Below, piece by piece: positions 61,275 to 64,000 of a DNA stretch of 64,000 nucleotides. Each line of letters begins with the position of its first letter. The stretch's first letter is position 1. Made by a program: the position numbers and the translations under genes. This stretch comes from Actinophytocola sp. (GTDB lineage Bacteria > Actinomycetota > Actinomycetes > Mycobacteriales > Pseudonocardiaceae). The notes below the pieces were generated by a model, which saw nothing but the letters and a program-made list of their open reading frames with translations, was not told the origin of the DNA and made no database searches. The stretch spans positions 8,694 through 72,693 of the forward strand of contig NZ_WHTD01000016.1 of NCBI RefSeq assembly GCF_009379765.1, written 5' to 3'.

Positions 61275-61303
61275 CCGTACTCGACGAGGTCGGAAGAAAT
61301 TAG

Positions 61304-61366
61304 GCGGGACCGGGGCAGACCATCCCTTGGCGGATGTGCTGCCATTAGAGGGTGCCCCGGTCTCGC
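61304..61366 (+). terminator. Long hairpin between the peptide and CHAT genes
   Basis: GCGGGACCGGGGCA pairs with TGCCCCGGTCTCGC; inner CCCT/AGGG and TGGCGG/CTGCCA. Confidence 0.6.
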
Positions 61367-61402
61367 TCCCGTTCGTCCGCCACCACCGCCGCCGAGGATC
61401 CG

Positions 61403-64000
61403 ATGACCAGGTCGGCCTTGGAGACGGCGCGGTCATTGCTCGTGCGCGGCGTGGGGGCCAGCAACGTCGGGCGCACTGCCGAGGCCACCAAGCTGCTTCG
61501 CCAGGCACTCCAGGCGCTCCCGGTGGGGTTCAGCACCCCCGATGCCATTGAGCTGCGCATCCGGGCCTTGTCCGCGCTGTCCTACACCGAAGCCGAGACC
61601 GGCACCGTCACCGACGGGCTCGTGCACCTCGGTACCGCAAGCGACCTCATCGGCGCCATCCCCGAAGGGCCGCGACGTTCGACGCTGCGTGGCCGGATCT
61701 ACCACCAGCGCGGGCTGATCGCGCTGCGCGTCGGCCACTACGCCGAAACCGTCGACGCCTACTCCAGGGCGATCACGCTCCTCGAGCAGGCACACGGCAC
61801 CCCGGACGGCGATCCCGAACTGTTCTCCAAGGCATTCCTCAACCGCGGCCTCGCGTACATCGACCTCGGCAAGCCCGAGGCGGCCGAGCGGGACATGCTG
61901 CGCTGCATCGAGCTCGCCACCGAGCACGACATTCCTCGCCTGGTGATGAAGGCCCGGGGCAACCTCGGTGAGATCGCGCAGCTGCGTGGCGACGTGCCCA
62001 GCTCGCTACGGCACATGGAGCAGGCCGAGGCCGACTTCCGCGGGGTCGCGCCAGGCCTTGTGGCCCGCGCCAAGATCGACCAGGCGCGGGCGCTGCTCAC
62101 CGCCGGGCTCGCCGAGGAGGCGGCCCGCCACCTCGACGAGGCGCTGCCGGTGCTGCGCGGGCTGCGGCTGTCCCAGGACCTCGCCGAGGCCGAGGTCGCC
62201 CGGGCCGGCGCCGCGCTACTCGAGGGCGACCTCACGCTGGCCAAGCAGCTCGCTGGATCCGCGCACCGGCGGTTCCTCAAGCGGGGCAGCGCGCCGTGGG
62301 CGGAGGTCGCCGCGCTCACCAAGATTCGGGCCGAGGCCAACGAGGCGCTCGCCGACCCGACGAGCCGGCCGTCACCCGGCAAGGCGGCCCGGCTCGCCGA
62401 GCGGCTGGCCGAGGTGGGGCTCACCGACGAGGCGGCGATGGCCAGGATGCTCGCGGTCCGGCTCACGCTGCGCCGCGGCGAGGTCGACGACGCCGAGCGG
62501 CTGCTCGACCTGGTACCGCCACCGCGCAAGATCGCGCCCATCGACCACAAGATGCTGCTGCGGCTCTGCCGCGCCGAGGTGGCGCTGGCCCGCGGTCAGA
62601 CCCGCAAGGTGCTCGCCCAGGCGCGCGCGGGGCTCACCGAGCTCGGTACCGCGCGGGACCGGATGGGCGGGCTGGACCTGGTGTGCGGCACCGCGGTCCA
62701 CGGCTGGGAGCTGGGCCGGCTCGCCGTGAACCTGGTGCTGGACAGCGCCAGCACCGACGCCGACGCGCGGCGCTTGCTCGACTGGCAGGAGCGCACCCGC
62801 GCGCAGGTGTACCGCTACGAGCCGCTGCCGGTCATCGACGACCCGGAGCTCGCCAGCAGCGTGGCGGAGCTGCGCGCGGTGACCCGCACCGTGCAGCAGG
62901 CCCGCCTGGAGCGCCGGCCGACCGGGCACCTCGAGCGGCGGATGACCGCGCTGCAGCGGGAGGTCACCCGGCTCGGCTGGCACACCAGCCACTGGGGCAA
63001 GCCCCGCCCCGTCTCCTCCTCGGGGGAGGTCATCGAGCGGCTCGGGGACCGGACGATGATCAGCTTCGCCGGTCCGGGCGAGGACCTCGCGGCGATCGTC
63101 GTCAGCGGCAGGCGCACGAGACTGTTCCGGCTCGGCAGCCAGGAGCAGGTGCTCGAGGTGGCCCGGCAGCTGCACGCCGACCTCGACGCGCTCGCCCCGG
63201 ACGAACTGATCGCGCCGCTGGTCAACGCCGTGTCGCAGTCGGCGCTGCACCGGATCGCCACGCTGGACCAGCAGCTGTTCGGTCCCGGTGGCATCCCGGT
63301 CGACCTGCTGGAGGGCCGCGAGCTCGTCGTCGTGCCGTTCGGCGGGCTGTACTCGGTGCCGTGGGAGTCGCTGCCGACGCTGCGCGGGCGCGCGGTGTCG
63401 GTCGCGCCGTCGGCGACCGCGTGGGTGAGCGCCGCCGAGGCAGGGCCGAGCGACGGGCGGGTCGTGCTGGTGAGCGGGCCGGACCTGCCGGAGTCGGTGT
63501 TGGAGCTCGACCACCTGCGCGAGGTGTACCCGGACGCGGTGGTGCTGCGGGGCGAGCGGGCCACGAGCGCGGCGGTGCTGGAGGCGATGGACGGCGCCAA
63601 GCTCGTGCACATCGCCGCGCACGGCACCCACGAGCCGGCCAACGCGCTGTTCTCCCGGCTGGAGCTCGCCGACGGCGGCCTGCTGGCGCACGAGGTCGCC
63701 CGGCTGCGGCGGCCGCCGGAGCACATCGTGCTGGCCGCGTGCGAGCTGGCGCTGTCGCGCATCCGGCCGGGCGACGAGCCGCTGGGCTTCGCCGGCGCGA
63801 TGCTCGCGAGCGGCTCGCGCACGGTGGTGGCCGCGGTGAACCGGGTCGGGCACCGCTCGGCCGCGCTCACGATGACCGACTACCACCGGCGGCTCGCGAA
63901 CAAGCGACCCGCGATCGACCTGGCCGAGACGATGACCGACTACCACCGCAGGCTCGCGTCCGGCACCCAGCCGGCCCGCGCACTCGCCGAGGCCACCGCC
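61403..64000 (+). CDS. TPR-CHAT caspase-like protease, 3' end runs off the window
   Basis: Read manually, since the ORF track omits it: TPR-like helices (NRGLAYIDLG, ARGNLGEIA), VVVP.G.LYSVPW..LP, HIAAHG (His codon 63620) and VLAACE (Cys codon 63740). Alternative GTG start at 61352. Confidence 0.9.
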   Translation, partial: MTRSALETARSLLVRGVGASNVGRTAEATKLLRQALQALPVGFSTPDAIELRIRALSALSYTEAETGTVTDGLVHLGTASDLIGAIPEGPRRSTLRGRIYHQRGLIALRVGHYAETVDAYSRAITLLEQAHGTPDGDPELFSKAFLNRGLAYIDLGKPEAAERDMLRCIELATEHDIPRLVMKARGNLGEIAQLRGDVPSSLRHMEQAEADFRGVAPGLVARAKIDQARALLTAGLAEEAARHLDEALPVLRGLRLSQDLAEAEVARAGAALLEGDLTLAKQLAGSAHRRFLKRGSAPWAEVAALTKIRAEANEALADPTSRPSPGKAARLAERLAEVGLTDEAAMARMLAVRLTLRRGEVDDAERLLDLVPPPRKIAPIDHKMLLRLCRAEVALARGQTRKVLAQARAGLTELGTARDRMGGLDLVCGTAVHGWELGRLAVNLVLDSASTDADARRLLDWQERTRAQVYRYEPLPVIDDPELASSVAELRAVTRTVQQARLERRPTGHLERRMTALQREVTRLGWHTSHWGKPRPVSSSGEVIERLGDRTMISFAGPGEDLAAIVVSGRRTRLFRLGSQEQVLEVARQLHADLDALAPDELIAPLVNAVSQSALHRIATLDQQLFGPGGIPVDLLEGRELVVVPFGGLYSVPWESLPTLRGRAVSVAPSATAWVSAAEAGPSDGRVVLVSGPDLPESVLELDHLREVYPDAVVLRGERATSAAVLEAMDGAKLVHIAAHGTHEPANALFSRLELADGGLLAHEVARLRRPPEHIVLAACELALSRIRPGDEPLGFAGAMLASGSRTVVAAVNRVGHRSAALTMTDYHRRLANKRPAIDLAETMTDYHRRLASGTQPARALAEATA

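Noticed and set aside
61017-61551. Track ORFs 61017-61508 (-) and 61183-61551 (+) as the gene in this gap
   Set aside because: Both overlap the CHAT gene start and lack a clear RBS. The 61125-61274 frame has an RBS, a promoter motif and a coherent motif.

Overview
High-GC actinobacterial chromosome segment, most likely Pseudonocardiaceae (inferred from gene content and style). The left half is broadly syntenic with the M. tuberculosis Rv0861-Rv0882 region: TrmH methyltransferase, cspB, DUF2771, MFS, DUF3027, DUF2530, MarR, moaD, rpfA, mog/moaE, moaC, an Rv0863-like gene, a helicase-associated protein and XPB. Interspersed are a conservon, a NitT/TauT-type ABC transporter, an acyl-CoA-dehydrogenase-like/mdlC pair, two LppU-like paralogs and a fragmented form-II cox (molybdenum hydroxylase) cluster interrupted by a MazF toxin-antitoxin pair and a small islet. 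I saw no rRNA, tRNA, CRISPR array or transposase. The best candidate for an undescribed system is at the right end: ECF sigma factor, coupled putative anti-sigma, a 49-aa peptide missing from the ORF track (CxxCx4Hx4H knuckle plus two TGFHDNS repeats) and a TPR-CHAT caspase-like protease. The same GTATCT-N16-CTCTTG motif precedes both the sigma gene and the peptide gene. Other highlights are a candidate IdeR-controlled sRNA between convergent genes, a divergent c-di-AMP-riboswitch-like leader before rpfA, two translation-bridging mini-ORFs and an islet encoding a 21-aa peptide. Family assignments come from motif recognition by eye, not database searches.
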